Positions 16,559-25,725 of a DNA stretch of 35,912 nt are shown in pieces. The notes under the pieces were generated by a model that was given only the letters and a program-made list of their open reading frames with translations, ran no database searches and was not told the DNA's origin. The position numbers and the translations under genes are program-made. Source of the DNA: Bacillota bacterium (GTDB lineage Bacteria; Bacillota; Dethiobacteria; DTU022); assembly GCA_012510325.1 (NCBI GenBank), contig JAAZIG010000012.1:1-35912 (forward strand), written 5' to 3'. Numbering within the stretch: position 1 is the first letter of the stretch; each line of letters begins with the position of its first letter.

Positions 16559-18292
16559 CTAGAGCTGAATGAAGCTGAAGCTGTCGACATCGAAAAGACC
16601 GCGGTCGGTGATCTTTAAATGCGGAATTACCGGCAGAGCGAGGAAGGATAGCGTCAGAAACGGCTGAGCCGGCACCGCTCCGAGAGCATGCGCCGCCGCG
16701 GTGACCTCCTCCAGAGCTGCGGCCACCCTGGCAGCGGGCTCCGGAGAAATTAATCCGGCCACCGGCAGGGGCAGCAGAGCAGCCGGTCCGGCAGGCTCAT
16801 CGATCACGACAAAACCGCCCCCGCTGCGAGCCAGAGCATTGACCGCCGCCGCCATGGCCCTCTCGCTGACCCCGGCGACAATGATATTATGGGAATCATG
16901 CGCCACGCTGGAGGCGATCGCGCCCCGGCGCAGTCCCAGCCCCCGGAGCAAACCCAGGGCAATCCGTCCGCTCCGCCGGTGGCGCTCAACCACGGCCACC
17001 TTGACGATATCGCGCTGCGGATCAGCCTGCACCAACCCCTTTTCATCGCGCCGGGGCTCAAGGAAAAGTTTCTCTGTGATAATCTGCTCCGGGACGATCC
17101 CGATGACCGGGACCGCCCCGGGCCCGGCCGCCATCGCGAAGTCGTCCGGCCCCATCTCCCGCGCCAGGCGGACTGTCCGAAGAAGCGCTTCCCCCGGCGG
17201 GTGAGCCGGTATCTCCACCGCGGGGGCCCCCTCCCGGGCCGCCACCCGGCCGTCTTTGAGCACCAACCGAACCCGAAAACCCTTCAGATCGTCGACCACA
17301 ACCAGATCGGCCCGGTATCCCGGAGCCACCGCCCCGCGTCGCTTCAGACCATAATGCAGCGCCGGATTGAGCGTCGCCATCTCCACCGCAGCAAAGGGAT
17401 CCAATCCCTGCGCCACCGCCCGGCGCAGGATCTCATCGATATGGCCGGCGGCAAGCAGCTCCGCCGCCTCCTTGTCGTCGGTACCGAACATAAACCAGCG
17501 GCTTCCCGCCGCCCTGACCGCGGGAAGCAAAGCAGAGAGATTGCGGGCAGCGGAACCTTCGCGAATGATTACCCGCATCCCCCTGCCGACCTTCTCCAGC
17601 GCTTCAGCCGCGGAGACAGCTTCGTGATCGGTGGAGATACCCGCAGCCAGATAGGCCTGCAGAGCCCTTCCCCCCATCGCCGGCAGATGCCCGTCGACGG
17701 GCTTCCCCCGCCGCCGCGCCGCCGCTATCTTCGCCGCAACCGCTTCATCACCATGGATCACTCCCGGGAAATTCATCATCTCCGCCAGCCCCAGCACCCG
17801 CGGATGATCCAGCAGCCGCTCCACCTGCTCCGGATTAAGCTCCCCCCCGGCGGTCTCCATATCCGTGGAAGGAACGCATGAGGGCGCCATAAAAAAGAGA
17901 TCGAGAGGCAGCTTCTCCGCCGCTTCGAGCATATAATGCACCCCCGCCTCACCGAGAACGTTGGCGATCTCGTGGGGATCGGCAATCACAGCAGTGGTCC
18001 CGTGAGGCAGCACCACAGCGGCAAACTGCGCCGGTAGAAGGAGGGTGCTTTCCAGGTGAATATGGGCATCGATGAGCCCGGGGATAATGTAACCGCCCGC
18101 GAGGTCGATAACCCTCTCTCCCGCCGGATAATCCGTTCCCAGCGCCGCCACCATCCCGCCCTCGATGAGCAGATCGGCCTCCCCTATTTCCCGGGTAAAG
18201 ATATTGAGCACCCGGCCTCCCCGGAGCATCAGCTCAGCCGGTCTCTCCCCCCGGGCCACTTCGCTGGCCGCCGTCAATTTTTTAGCAAACAT
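16559..18292 (-). CDS. ade: Adenine deaminase
   Basis: 577-aa amidohydrolase with PGLIDAHIHLES metal-binding motif near the N-terminus. The overall length and layout match the AdeC/Ade family. Confidence 0.9.
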   Translation of the reverse strand: MFAKKLTAASEVARGERPAELMLRGGRVLNIFTREIGEADLLIEGGMVAALGTDYPAGERVIDLAGGYIIPGLIDAHIHLESTLLLPAQFAAVVLPHGTTAVIADPHEIANVLGEAGVHYMLEAAEKLPLDLFFMAPSCVPSTDMETAGGELNPEQVERLLDHPRVLGLAEMMNFPGVIHGDEAVAAKIAAARRRGKPVDGHLPAMGGRALQAYLAAGISTDHEAVSAAEALEKVGRGMRVIIREGSAARNLSALLPAVRAAGSRWFMFGTDDKEAAELLAAGHIDEILRRAVAQGLDPFAAVEMATLNPALHYGLKRRGAVAPGYRADLVVVDDLKGFRVRLVLKDGRVAAREGAPAVEIPAHPPGEALLRTVRLAREMGPDDFAMAAGPGAVPVIGIVPEQIITEKLFLEPRRDEKGLVQADPQRDIVKVAVVERHRRSGRIALGLLRGLGLRRGAIASSVAHDSHNIIVAGVSERAMAAAVNALARSGGGFVVIDEPAGPAALLPLPVAGLISPEPAARVAAALEEVTAAAHALGAVPAQPFLTLSFLALPVIPHLKITDRGLFDVDSFSFIQL

Positions 18293-18412
18293 AGTTCTCC
18301 CTTCCTTTGCCGTATTCCCGCGAAAGCCCCCCGCAAGCAGGAACCCCCTCCCCCTTTAGCGAATAAGATTCAGGTCAACTCCTGTTAATTTTTACTGTGG
18401 AGGTTTAAAACA

Positions 18413-18877
18413 ATGACCTTAACTGCTAGAGAAATCATGACTGCCGCTGTTTTCAGCATCGCCAAGCAGCAAACTCTCCAGGAAGCCCTCGCGATAATGG
18501 CCAAACACAATATCAGCGGTCTTCCCGTTACCGAAGCCGACGGGACTCTCGTCGGCATTATCTCCAACACCGATATCATTAACTATGCCCAAAAAGAGAA
18601 CGTGGTCCCCCTGTTCGACCTCTCCGGATGGATCTCCCCCCATGCGGAGATTAAGGATTTGACCTCGATCAAGCGGGGCATCGATCTGCTGGCGCAAACA
18701 ACCGTCAGCCGGCTGATGAAAAGAAAGGTGCACACAGCCGGCGAAGATACCGCCATCCTGGCCATCGCCGGACTGATGAGCCGGCACCAGGTTAACCGGG
18801 TGCCCATTGTCGACGGGGAAAACAGACTTCGCGGCATCGTCACCCGCAACGACCTGGTGCGCAGCATCGCCCGGTAG
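18413..18877 (+). CDS. CBS-pair domain protein
   Basis: 154 aa containing two CBS motifs (ISGLPVTEADGTLVGIISNTDII and VNRVPIVDGENRLRGIVTRNDLV). Confidence 0.85.
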   Translation: MTLTAREIMTAAVFSIAKQQTLQEALAIMAKHNISGLPVTEADGTLVGIISNTDIINYAQKENVVPLFDLSGWISPHAEIKDLTSIKRGIDLLAQTTVSRLMKRKVHTAGEDTAILAIAGLMSRHQVNRVPIVDGENRLRGIVTRNDLVRSIAR

Positions 18878-19005
18878 CACGACTCCATTAAACCATAAAC
18901 AGGGGCATATTAAAAGAGTGCACTTCCGGGCCGGCAGACTGATAATAGCCCCCGGCCGGGCATAAACTAGCAATAGCGAAGTAAATTGACAATCCGGTGA
19001 GCAGA

Positions 19006-19033
19006 GCGGCACAACAGCTGCCGCACCATTTTT
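19006..19033 (+). terminator. Hairpin plus T-run between the CBS gene and murT (terminator or attenuator candidate)
   Basis: GCGGCA-caacagc-TGCCGC followed by ACCATTTTT. Confidence 0.35.
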
Positions 19034-19051
19034 CCAAAAGGGGACTGGAGA

Positions 19052-20482
19052 TTGACCAGAGCACAGAGGGACCCTTCCACCGGCCGGGCCGGCTGGCGCA
19101 ATCGCAGCGCCGTCTTCCTGGGCAAAACGCTCATCGGAACGACCCGCCTGCTCAAGCAAGGCGGCACGACCCTGCCCGGGAGAGCCGCCCTGATGATTTC
19201 ACCGGAGCTGATCTCGTTTCTTTCCGGACAGCTAACTGCAGGAGCCGCTGTCATCACCGGAACCAACGGCAAGACCACCACCGCCTCGCTGCTGGCGGCA
19301 ATCTGCAAAGGAGGCGGCCGCCCCTGCATCCACAACGCAGCGGGCGCCAATCTGGCCTGGGGAATCGCCTCCACCCTCATCGAAGCGGCCACCTGGCAGG
19401 GACAGCTTCCCGGGGAGAGCGCAATCCTGGAGGTCGACGAGGGCGCTTTCCCGGCGCTGAGCAAAAGCCTGCGCCCCCACCTGGCAGTGATCACCAACAT
19501 TTTCCGGGATCAGCTGGACCGTTTCGGCGGGGTTGAGCAGGTCCGGGCGGCGCTCCAGAAAGGGGTGTCGGCTCTGCCCCCGGAAGCGCTGCTCCTGTTA
19601 AATGCGGATGATCCCCTCGTCGCCTCCCTCGACGGAGGGGCTCGGAAAACTCTTTGCTTCGGCCTTGACCTGCCCTCTTACGCCGCCGCCGACCTCACCC
19701 CGGCGGAAAAATCGATGCCGCCCTGCCCCCGCTGCTGCCGGGAGCTGCAGTACACCCGGATCTACTTTGCCCATCTGGGCCGCTACCGCTGCCCTTACTG
19801 TGGTTTTCACCGGCCGGAACCGGAATACAAACTGCGCCACTTTGAGCCCAACCCCGAAACGGGCAGCACCATGATCATGAGCCTGCGCGGCCGTCCCCTG
19901 GAGGCGGTGTTGCCCCTTCCGGGGATCTACAACCTCTACAACGCCCTTGCCGCCGCGGCGGCTGCAGCGGCGGTTGCCCTGCCGGATTCTGCCATCAAGG
20001 ACGCGCTCGGCAAAGCGGAGCCCCCCTCCGGCAGAATGGAGCACCGGCAGGTCGCTTCGCGGGAGCTGCTCATCGCCCTGATCAAAAACCCGGCAGGGGC
20101 AAATCAGGTGCTCGCCACCCTGCTCGATCCGGCGCAGGTGCAAGGACAGCGCCTTCACCTGCTCATCGCCATCAACGACCACCCCGCCGACGGCGCCGAC
20201 CTCTCCTGGCTTTGGGAAACAGATTTTGAACGGCTGGCTGCCGCCCGCGCTCACATCGCCGCCATAACCCTTTCCGGAACGGGAGTCTCGGAGCTGGCCC
20301 GCCGTCTAAAAAAAGCGGGCTTTGCCGGAGCCGTGATCACCGCAGAAGCAGCCCTGCCGCGGGCTCTGCACCGGACCGTCGCCCAGGCCGCACCCGGCGA
20401 TAAAGTGATCATCCTGCCCAATTACACAGCCATGCAGCAGGTGCGGCAATACCTCGACCGGTTAAGCGAGAGCTCGCTGTAA
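19052..20482 (+). CDS. murT: Mur-ligase-family lipid II isoglutaminyl synthase subunit MurT
   Basis: P-loop ITGTNGKTTT, a MurT-specific Cys4 ribbon (CPRCCRELQY...YRCPYCGF), and a C-terminal DUF1727-like NPAGANQVL...AINDHPADGADLSWLWETDFE. TTG start. Confidence 0.85.
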   Translation: MTRAQRDPSTGRAGWRNRSAVFLGKTLIGTTRLLKQGGTTLPGRAALMISPELISFLSGQLTAGAAVITGTNGKTTTASLLAAICKGGGRPCIHNAAGANLAWGIASTLIEAATWQGQLPGESAILEVDEGAFPALSKSLRPHLAVITNIFRDQLDRFGGVEQVRAALQKGVSALPPEALLLLNADDPLVASLDGGARKTLCFGLDLPSYAAADLTPAEKSMPPCPRCCRELQYTRIYFAHLGRYRCPYCGFHRPEPEYKLRHFEPNPETGSTMIMSLRGRPLEAVLPLPGIYNLYNALAAAAAAAAVALPDSAIKDALGKAEPPSGRMEHRQVASRELLIALIKNPAGANQVLATLLDPAQVQGQRLHLLIAINDHPADGADLSWLWETDFERLAAARAHIAAITLSGTGVSELARRLKKAGFAGAVITAEAALPRALHRTVAQAAPGDKVIILPNYTAMQQVRQYLDRLSESSL

Positions 20483-20613
20483 CCAAGCCACCCCTTCAGG
20501 CAAACATTTAAACGATTGCTGCTGTGTCATAGGCAGGAACATTATTGCAATTTAGCGAATTTTAAAGAAAGTCGCTTTTGTGCGGATTTGGAACCGATTA
20601 TTTTTGAAAGAAG

Positions 20614-21402
20614 GTGATGGAAGTGAACCGGGAGCAATCCATGGTGCTGGCGCGTTTGCATCTGGAGGCCATCCTTCCCCTTCTCCAAGATATCGCCGCC
20701 CACGATGCCGCCGTCCGGGAAACTATCGCGACCTGGGATTTTCCCCTGCAATTCCGCCTCGCCGAAGGCGGTGCGACAACCACCCTGATTTTCAAAAAAG
20801 GAACGGTGACGGCCCGCTGCGGATCATTCAGCGGATTCACCCCTGCCCTGACCTTCAGGGACTCCGCCTTTCTCAACGAAGTTTTTCAGGGTAAAACAGA
20901 GAAAAATCCCACACCAAACCTGCCCGGCATCTTCAAAGCAAAGCAGCTGATGCAGGTCGACAAAGTCCTGGGCAGGCTGGAGCACTACTTGAAACCGGGC
21001 CCGGAGCAGCTTGGCGACCCCGGGACTTTTGCTTTCTGTGTCCGGATAACCCTTTTTGCCATGGCTTTCGGGATCAAGGTGGTGGGCGAGCATGACCCTG
21101 AAACGAGGCCCATAGCCCTGAATCTGCCGGACGGCACGGTGGAGATGCGAATAGCCGGCGGCGACCCCGCCGCCCACCTCAAGATTGCCGGCGGCCTCTT
21201 TGAAGCACAGCGCGGGCCTGCCGACAAGCCGAATGCTGTCCTTGAATTCAGTGATCTGCAGACGGCCTGGGATACCTTCCAGGGCAATCTCGATACTTTT
21301 GCCGCTGTCGGAGGGGGCCGGGTCAGACTGCGCGGGTTTATTCCCCTGCTGGAAGGGATTAACCCCCTGATGGACAGATTGGCCTTCTACCTTTCCGATT
21401 AG
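20614..21402 (+). CDS. Hypothetical protein, first gene of a five-gene operon; C-terminus weakly SCP2-like
   Basis: Good RBS (GAAAGAAGG) and a coding-like composition. The C-terminal FQGNLDTFAAVGGGRVRLRGFIPLLEGINPLM resembles the SCP2 helix-strand pattern. It is a distant paralog of the product of 24742..25641. The start may be ATG 20617. Confidence 0.6.
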   Translation: MMEVNREQSMVLARLHLEAILPLLQDIAAHDAAVRETIATWDFPLQFRLAEGGATTTLIFKKGTVTARCGSFSGFTPALTFRDSAFLNEVFQGKTEKNPTPNLPGIFKAKQLMQVDKVLGRLEHYLKPGPEQLGDPGTFAFCVRITLFAMAFGIKVVGEHDPETRPIALNLPDGTVEMRIAGGDPAAHLKIAGGLFEAQRGPADKPNAVLEFSDLQTAWDTFQGNLDTFAAVGGGRVRLRGFIPLLEGINPLMDRLAFYLSD

Positions 21403-21435
21403 GTAAAGCCACAGTGGACAAGGAGGAATGAGGTC

Positions 21436-22683
21436 ATGAGCAAGGCCGAAAAAATATACAGTTTTGATAAATCGATGGAGCTTTTCCACAGGGCCGCCCG
21501 GACCATTCCGGGAGGAATCTACGGCCACTTTTCGCCCACGATTACCGTGCCCGGTTCATTTCCTTACTACACAGCCGAAGCCAAAGGGTGCCGCTATCTC
21601 GATGTAGACGGCAATGAGATGATCGATTATATGTGCGCTTTCGGACCGATGGTCCTCGGTTACCGCAATAAGACGGTCGATTCGGCGGCGGCGACTCAGC
21701 AGGCCCTGGCCGATTGCACCACCCATCCCGGAGTGGTCATGATCGAGCTGGCCGAGCGCCTGGTGGAGCTGATCCCCACCGCCGACTGGGCCTTTTTTGG
21801 AAAAAACGGCGGCGATATGACCACCTACGCCATCCTGGCCGCACGAGCCCACACCAATCGCAAAAAGATCGTCATGGTGCGCGGTCACTATCACGGCGTC
21901 GCCCCCTGGTGCACGGCGCTCGGTTTTGGTGGAATTATCCCCGAAGATCATTATCAGATCATCCAGGTGGACTGGAACGACCTCGATGAATTCGAAAAAG
22001 TGGTTGCAGAGCACCGGGGCGATATCGCCGGTTTTATCGCCCAGCCCTATCACCATATCAATTTTGGCGACCAGATCATGCCCGCCGCCGGCTACTGGAA
22101 GGGCATCGAGCAGATCTGCCGCCGCGAAGGGATTGTCCTGATCCTGGATGATGTTCGCGCCGGTTTCCGCCTCAGCATGAAAGGCTCCGGCGATTACTTC
22201 GGTTTTGAGCCCGATCTCAGCTGCTACTGTAAAGCCATCGCCAACGGGTACGCCCTGTCGGCCTGCGTCGGGCGCCGGGAGCTGATGAATGCCGCTTCGA
22301 AGGTTTTCTTCACCGGCTCCTTCTGGACCTCCCAGGTGCCGATGGCCGCTGCTCTGGCCACACTAAGCGAGCTGGAAAGAACAGATGCTCCCGGGAGGAT
22401 GAAGGAGACGGGAACGCTGCTGGGTGACGGGCTCAAAGAGCTGGGCCGCCAATATGGACTCGAGGTAACCTTTTCCGGTCCCCCGGCGATCCCGTTCATG
22501 CGCTTCACTGAAGACCGCGATTTCTACTGGCAGCAGATCTTCTGCTCCGAGGTAACCAAAAGAGGCTCCTTCTTCCACCCCCACCACAACTGGTTCATCT
22601 CGACGGCGCATGAGCAAGAAGATATCGAAGAGACCCTGAATCACGCTGAAGCAGCGATCAAGGTGGTGAAAAGGGAGATTTAA
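21436..22683 (+). CDS. Class-III PLP aminotransferase, glutamate-1-semialdehyde aminomutase-like
   Basis: N-terminal RTIPGG motif, ILDDVRAGFR, and Lys context YCKAIANGYALSA. 415 aa. RBS AAGGAGGAA. Confidence 0.85.
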   Translation: MSKAEKIYSFDKSMELFHRAARTIPGGIYGHFSPTITVPGSFPYYTAEAKGCRYLDVDGNEMIDYMCAFGPMVLGYRNKTVDSAAATQQALADCTTHPGVVMIELAERLVELIPTADWAFFGKNGGDMTTYAILAARAHTNRKKIVMVRGHYHGVAPWCTALGFGGIIPEDHYQIIQVDWNDLDEFEKVVAEHRGDIAGFIAQPYHHINFGDQIMPAAGYWKGIEQICRREGIVLILDDVRAGFRLSMKGSGDYFGFEPDLSCYCKAIANGYALSACVGRRELMNAASKVFFTGSFWTSQVPMAAALATLSELERTDAPGRMKETGTLLGDGLKELGRQYGLEVTFSGPPAIPFMRFTEDRDFYWQQIFCSEVTKRGSFFHPHHNWFISTAHEQEDIEETLNHAEAAIKVVKREI

Positions 22684-22859
22684 CCCTTGCCGGAGAAATG
22701 CGGTGAACCGCAGCCGCAGCGGCGGGCAAACTTTTCTCCAGCGGGGGATCCCCGGGGAAACCCTGTGTGTACCGCCGGCGCAATCACTGGCCGGGTTCTC
22801 GGCGACACACTGATCTCTCCGCAAGATTATCTCATTTCCTGAAGGAGGGCGAGGCGAAA

Positions 22860-23687
22860 ATGCCAAAAGACGTTTCTGTGGAAGAGCTCAAGGCAAAGGC
22901 AAAAGAGCTGCGGCTCAACATCCTCAAAACAGCCAAATCTGCCGGGAGCGGTCATTTTGGTGGATCTCTGAGCAGTGCGGATATCTTCACCGCACTATAT
23001 TTCAAGTATCTCCATGTGGATTCCGAAAAACCGGCGATGCCCGAACGAGATAAGTTTGTTCTCAGCAAAGGGCACGCCGCTCTCGCTTATGTGCCCTGTT
23101 TGGCCATGAAAGGATTTGTCCCCATGGAGTCGCTCGAATCATTTAACCATTACGAATCCGCTTACGGAATGCACCCCGATGCCGGCAAGATCAGCGGTTG
23201 CGACGCTTCCACCGGATCACTGGGCCATGGACTATCAATTGGTGTGGGTATGGCTCTGGGCGACCGCTATCAGAACCTGGACACCAAAGTGGTGGTTTTG
23301 ATGGGCGACGGCGAGCAGAATGAAGGCAGTATCTGGGAAGCCGCCATGGCCGCCAGCCATTTCCAATTAAACAATCTCATTGCCATCGTCGATCGCAACC
23401 AGTTCTCCATCGACGGGAATACCGAAGAGATCATGTCCCTTGAACCTTTGGACAAAAAATACGAGGCTTTCGGATTCAAGGTGATCCGATGCAACGGCAA
23501 TGATCTGGCCGAGCTAGACAAGGCTCTGGCGGAAGCCTGGGGAGAAAAAGAAAAACCCGTCTGCATAATCGCCAGGACAAAAAAGGGCTTCGGGGTAAAA
23601 AGATTCCAGGGTGCAGTTGAGTGGCACTACGGAGCCATGGATGTCGAAATGTACAAAGAGGCTTTGGCCGACATTGAGGCGCTCTAA
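22860..23687 (+). CDS. Transketolase, N-terminal (TPP/PP-domain) subunit of a split enzyme
   Basis: GSGHFGGSLSSADI, SKGHAA and the TPP motif MGDGEQNEGSIWEA. ATG 22860 follows RBS GGAGGG. The upstream 31 codons in the track lack support. Confidence 0.9.
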   Translation: MPKDVSVEELKAKAKELRLNILKTAKSAGSGHFGGSLSSADIFTALYFKYLHVDSEKPAMPERDKFVLSKGHAALAYVPCLAMKGFVPMESLESFNHYESAYGMHPDAGKISGCDASTGSLGHGLSIGVGMALGDRYQNLDTKVVVLMGDGEQNEGSIWEAAMAASHFQLNNLIAIVDRNQFSIDGNTEEIMSLEPLDKKYEAFGFKVIRCNGNDLAELDKALAEAWGEKEKPVCIIARTKKGFGVKRFQGAVEWHYGAMDVEMYKEALADIEAL

Positions 23688-23716
23688 GGATTCCATCGGA
23701 AAAGGAGGAGCCGACG

Positions 23717-24730
23717 ATGGGTAAAGATGCCGGAACCGTCTGGACGGTCCATGATGCCAACAAGATGACCTCAAAAGAGATCTATGGACGGGTGCTTGCT
23801 GATTTGGGAGAGAGAAACGATAAAATAGTGGGGCTCACCGCCGACCTGGCGAAATCCACAAACATTGGCATATTCGGGGATAAGTTTCCCGAAAGAATGT
23901 TCAACGTGGGCGTGGCCGAACAGAATCTTTTTGGGATCGCCGCGGGACTGGCCGCAACGGGCTTAATTCCCTTCGCCTCAACCTTTGCCACCTTCGCTTC
24001 ACTGCGTGCCGCAGAGCAGGTCAGAACAGATATTGCCTACCAGAATTTGCCGGTGAAGATCATCGCCACCCACAGCGGCCTCAGTTTCGGTACTGCCGGA
24101 ACAACCCACCATGCCACTGAAGATCTGGCAGTGATGCGCGCACTGGCCAATATGACCGTGGTGGTGCCTGCAGACGGTTGGGAGACGGCCAAAGCGGTTC
24201 GCGCCTGCATTGATATTCCGGGGCCCTTTTACATGAGGGTGGGCCGGGGATTTGAACCGCCCCTGCATGAGAATGAAGACTTTGCGTTTGAAATCGGCAC
24301 AGCCATTACCGTAAAGGAGGGTTCAGATATCACCGTCATCACCTGCGGCATTCCTGTTCTCCAGGCCCGGGATGCCGCCAGGGAATTGGAAGATGACGGT
24401 ATCTCCGTCAGAGTGATCAATATGCACACCATCAAACCCATTGACCGGGAGATCATTGTTCAAGCAGTGCTGGAGACCAGAAGGATCGTCACCGTGGAGG
24501 AGCACAATATCATCGGCGGGCTGGGGGATGCCGTTGCCTCCGTCATTGCGGAAAGTGGAAAAGCCTGCGCTTTCACCAAGGTTGGCATCCCGGACGAATA
24601 CAGCGTTATCGGATTCCCGGAAGATCTCTATGCCAGATATAAATTGGACTCAACGGGAATTGCCGAAACCATAAGGGAACTTCTCGGAAAAGAGATCGAA
24701 GCGGACGAAGACTGGACCGATGAAGATTGA
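23717..24730 (+). CDS. Transketolase, C-terminal (Pyr plus C-domain) subunit
   Basis: FNVGVAEQNLFGIAAGLA and HSGLSFGTAGTTHHATEDLAVMRALANM. RBS AAAGGAGGAG. Confidence 0.9.
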   Translation: MGKDAGTVWTVHDANKMTSKEIYGRVLADLGERNDKIVGLTADLAKSTNIGIFGDKFPERMFNVGVAEQNLFGIAAGLAATGLIPFASTFATFASLRAAEQVRTDIAYQNLPVKIIATHSGLSFGTAGTTHHATEDLAVMRALANMTVVVPADGWETAKAVRACIDIPGPFYMRVGRGFEPPLHENEDFAFEIGTAITVKEGSDITVITCGIPVLQARDAARELEDDGISVRVINMHTIKPIDREIIVQAVLETRRIVTVEEHNIIGGLGDAVASVIAESGKACAFTKVGIPDEYSVIGFPEDLYARYKLDSTGIAETIRELLGKEIEADEDWTDED

Positions 24731-24741
24731 GGAGGCCAAAG

Positions 24742-25641
24742 ATGAACAAAGCCAGTGCAGAGGACGTGTTGGCCGCGCGCTTGTTTTTACGGGCCGCTTT
24801 CCCGGCGATGAGGATTCCTCTGACAGAGGATCCTAAGTTTGTCAAAAAATTTGAGAACCTTAATCTTGTCGTTGAATTTAAAGCAAAAGATGCGGAAAAC
24901 CCTCTGGCGGCACATCTGGTTTTCTTGACTGAAGAGAGGGCCAAGGCGATCGCCGAAGGCCAACGCTTCAAAGTGTATGAAGGAGTCTATAGCGGCGCTT
25001 TCGGTGAGATCAAAGTGATCCGGATGCACTTTAAGAGCATTGAGAGCCTGCTCGGCGTATTCAAGGGGAATACACCGCTGGAGATGATGGGCATCGTCCC
25101 TTCTGTCCTGAAAAACATGTTTACAAAAGGCTTCTTTAGCTTTCTGTTCCTGATGCTGTCGCTGATGAAAATGATGCCCGATTTCGTTCCCGGCGTCGAT
25201 GAACCGTTTGAACAATATCTCAAGGTCAAAATGTCACTCTACATGATCACCACGGCCATGTCCCGGGCCACAAAATCAGGCTATGAGCCCATGGTAAAAT
25301 GGACCGAAAAGCAAACCGATAGAATCTATCAGTTCAAAGTTGGTCCGACCATCGTTGACGGAAAAGAGATCTATCCCGAAATTGGCGCTTACTTAAGGGT
25401 GAAGTACGGTCAGACCAAGGCGGGCCGGGGGGTCTATTCCAGAAAAAGCCCCTTCGTTCTGCTCAGCTTCCCCAATCCCGCCGGCTGCATCGCCATCTTG
25501 AGCGGCAAACCGTTTGTCGAGGCCGTTGTAGAAGGCTGCGTGGAGATCATCGGAGCCGGCGACAGTTACGCCATCACCTTCAACGATCGGATGATGGATA
25601 TTCAGGATAAACTGGTCCCCTCGAAATTTTTGAAACATTAA
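24742..25641 (+). CDS. Hypothetical protein, last gene of the operon; distant paralog of 20614..21402
   Basis: ATG 24742 follows RBS GAGGAGG. Shared blocks with the first gene: F(R/K)(D/S)..(F/L)L..VF(Q/K)G(K/N)T, a central hydrophobic segment, and an SCP2-like C-terminus (ILSGKPFVEAVVEGCVEIIGAGD). Confidence 0.6.
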   Translation: MNKASAEDVLAARLFLRAAFPAMRIPLTEDPKFVKKFENLNLVVEFKAKDAENPLAAHLVFLTEERAKAIAEGQRFKVYEGVYSGAFGEIKVIRMHFKSIESLLGVFKGNTPLEMMGIVPSVLKNMFTKGFFSFLFLMLSLMKMMPDFVPGVDEPFEQYLKVKMSLYMITTAMSRATKSGYEPMVKWTEKQTDRIYQFKVGPTIVDGKEIYPEIGAYLRVKYGQTKAGRGVYSRKSPFVLLSFPNPAGCIAILSGKPFVEAVVEGCVEIIGAGDSYAITFNDRMMDIQDKLVPSKFLKH

Positions 25642-25667
25642 CCCCCTTCAAGCGCAGCGCTGCGCAC

Positions 25668-25703
25668 AAGAAAGCACCCGGGCTCTCCGGGTGCTTTCTT
25701 TTT
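25668..25703. terminator. Bidirectional intrinsic terminator between convergent operons
   Basis: AAGAAAGCACCCGG-gctct-CCGGGTGCTTTCTT is a perfect 14-bp stem, flanked by a T-run after it on the + strand and an A-rich stretch before it. Confidence 0.75.
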
Positions 25704-25725
25704 CCGGGACACTGTTTAGGCGGAT

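Noticed and set aside
16889-17881. 330-aa + strand ORF inside the adenine deaminase gene (also 16701..17204 and 17367..17627)
   Set aside because: It is antisense to a confidently identified amidohydrolase. The composition is Arg/Pro/His-rich and there is no RBS.
18293-18412. Purine riboswitch upstream of adenine deaminase
   Set aside because: The divergent intergenic region is only 120 nt and lacks the conserved purine-riboswitch loop and junction sequences.
18419-19159. 246-aa minus-strand ORF spanning the CBS gene, the intergenic region and the murT start
   Set aside because: It crosses two well-supported + strand genes and an intergenic hairpin. The product has no recognisable domain.
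22767-22859. Upstream extension of the transketolase N-subunit ORF
   Set aside because: The extension has no RBS and its sequence (MYRRRNHWPGSRRH...) is not family-like. ATG 22860 follows GGAGGG and starts the conserved region.
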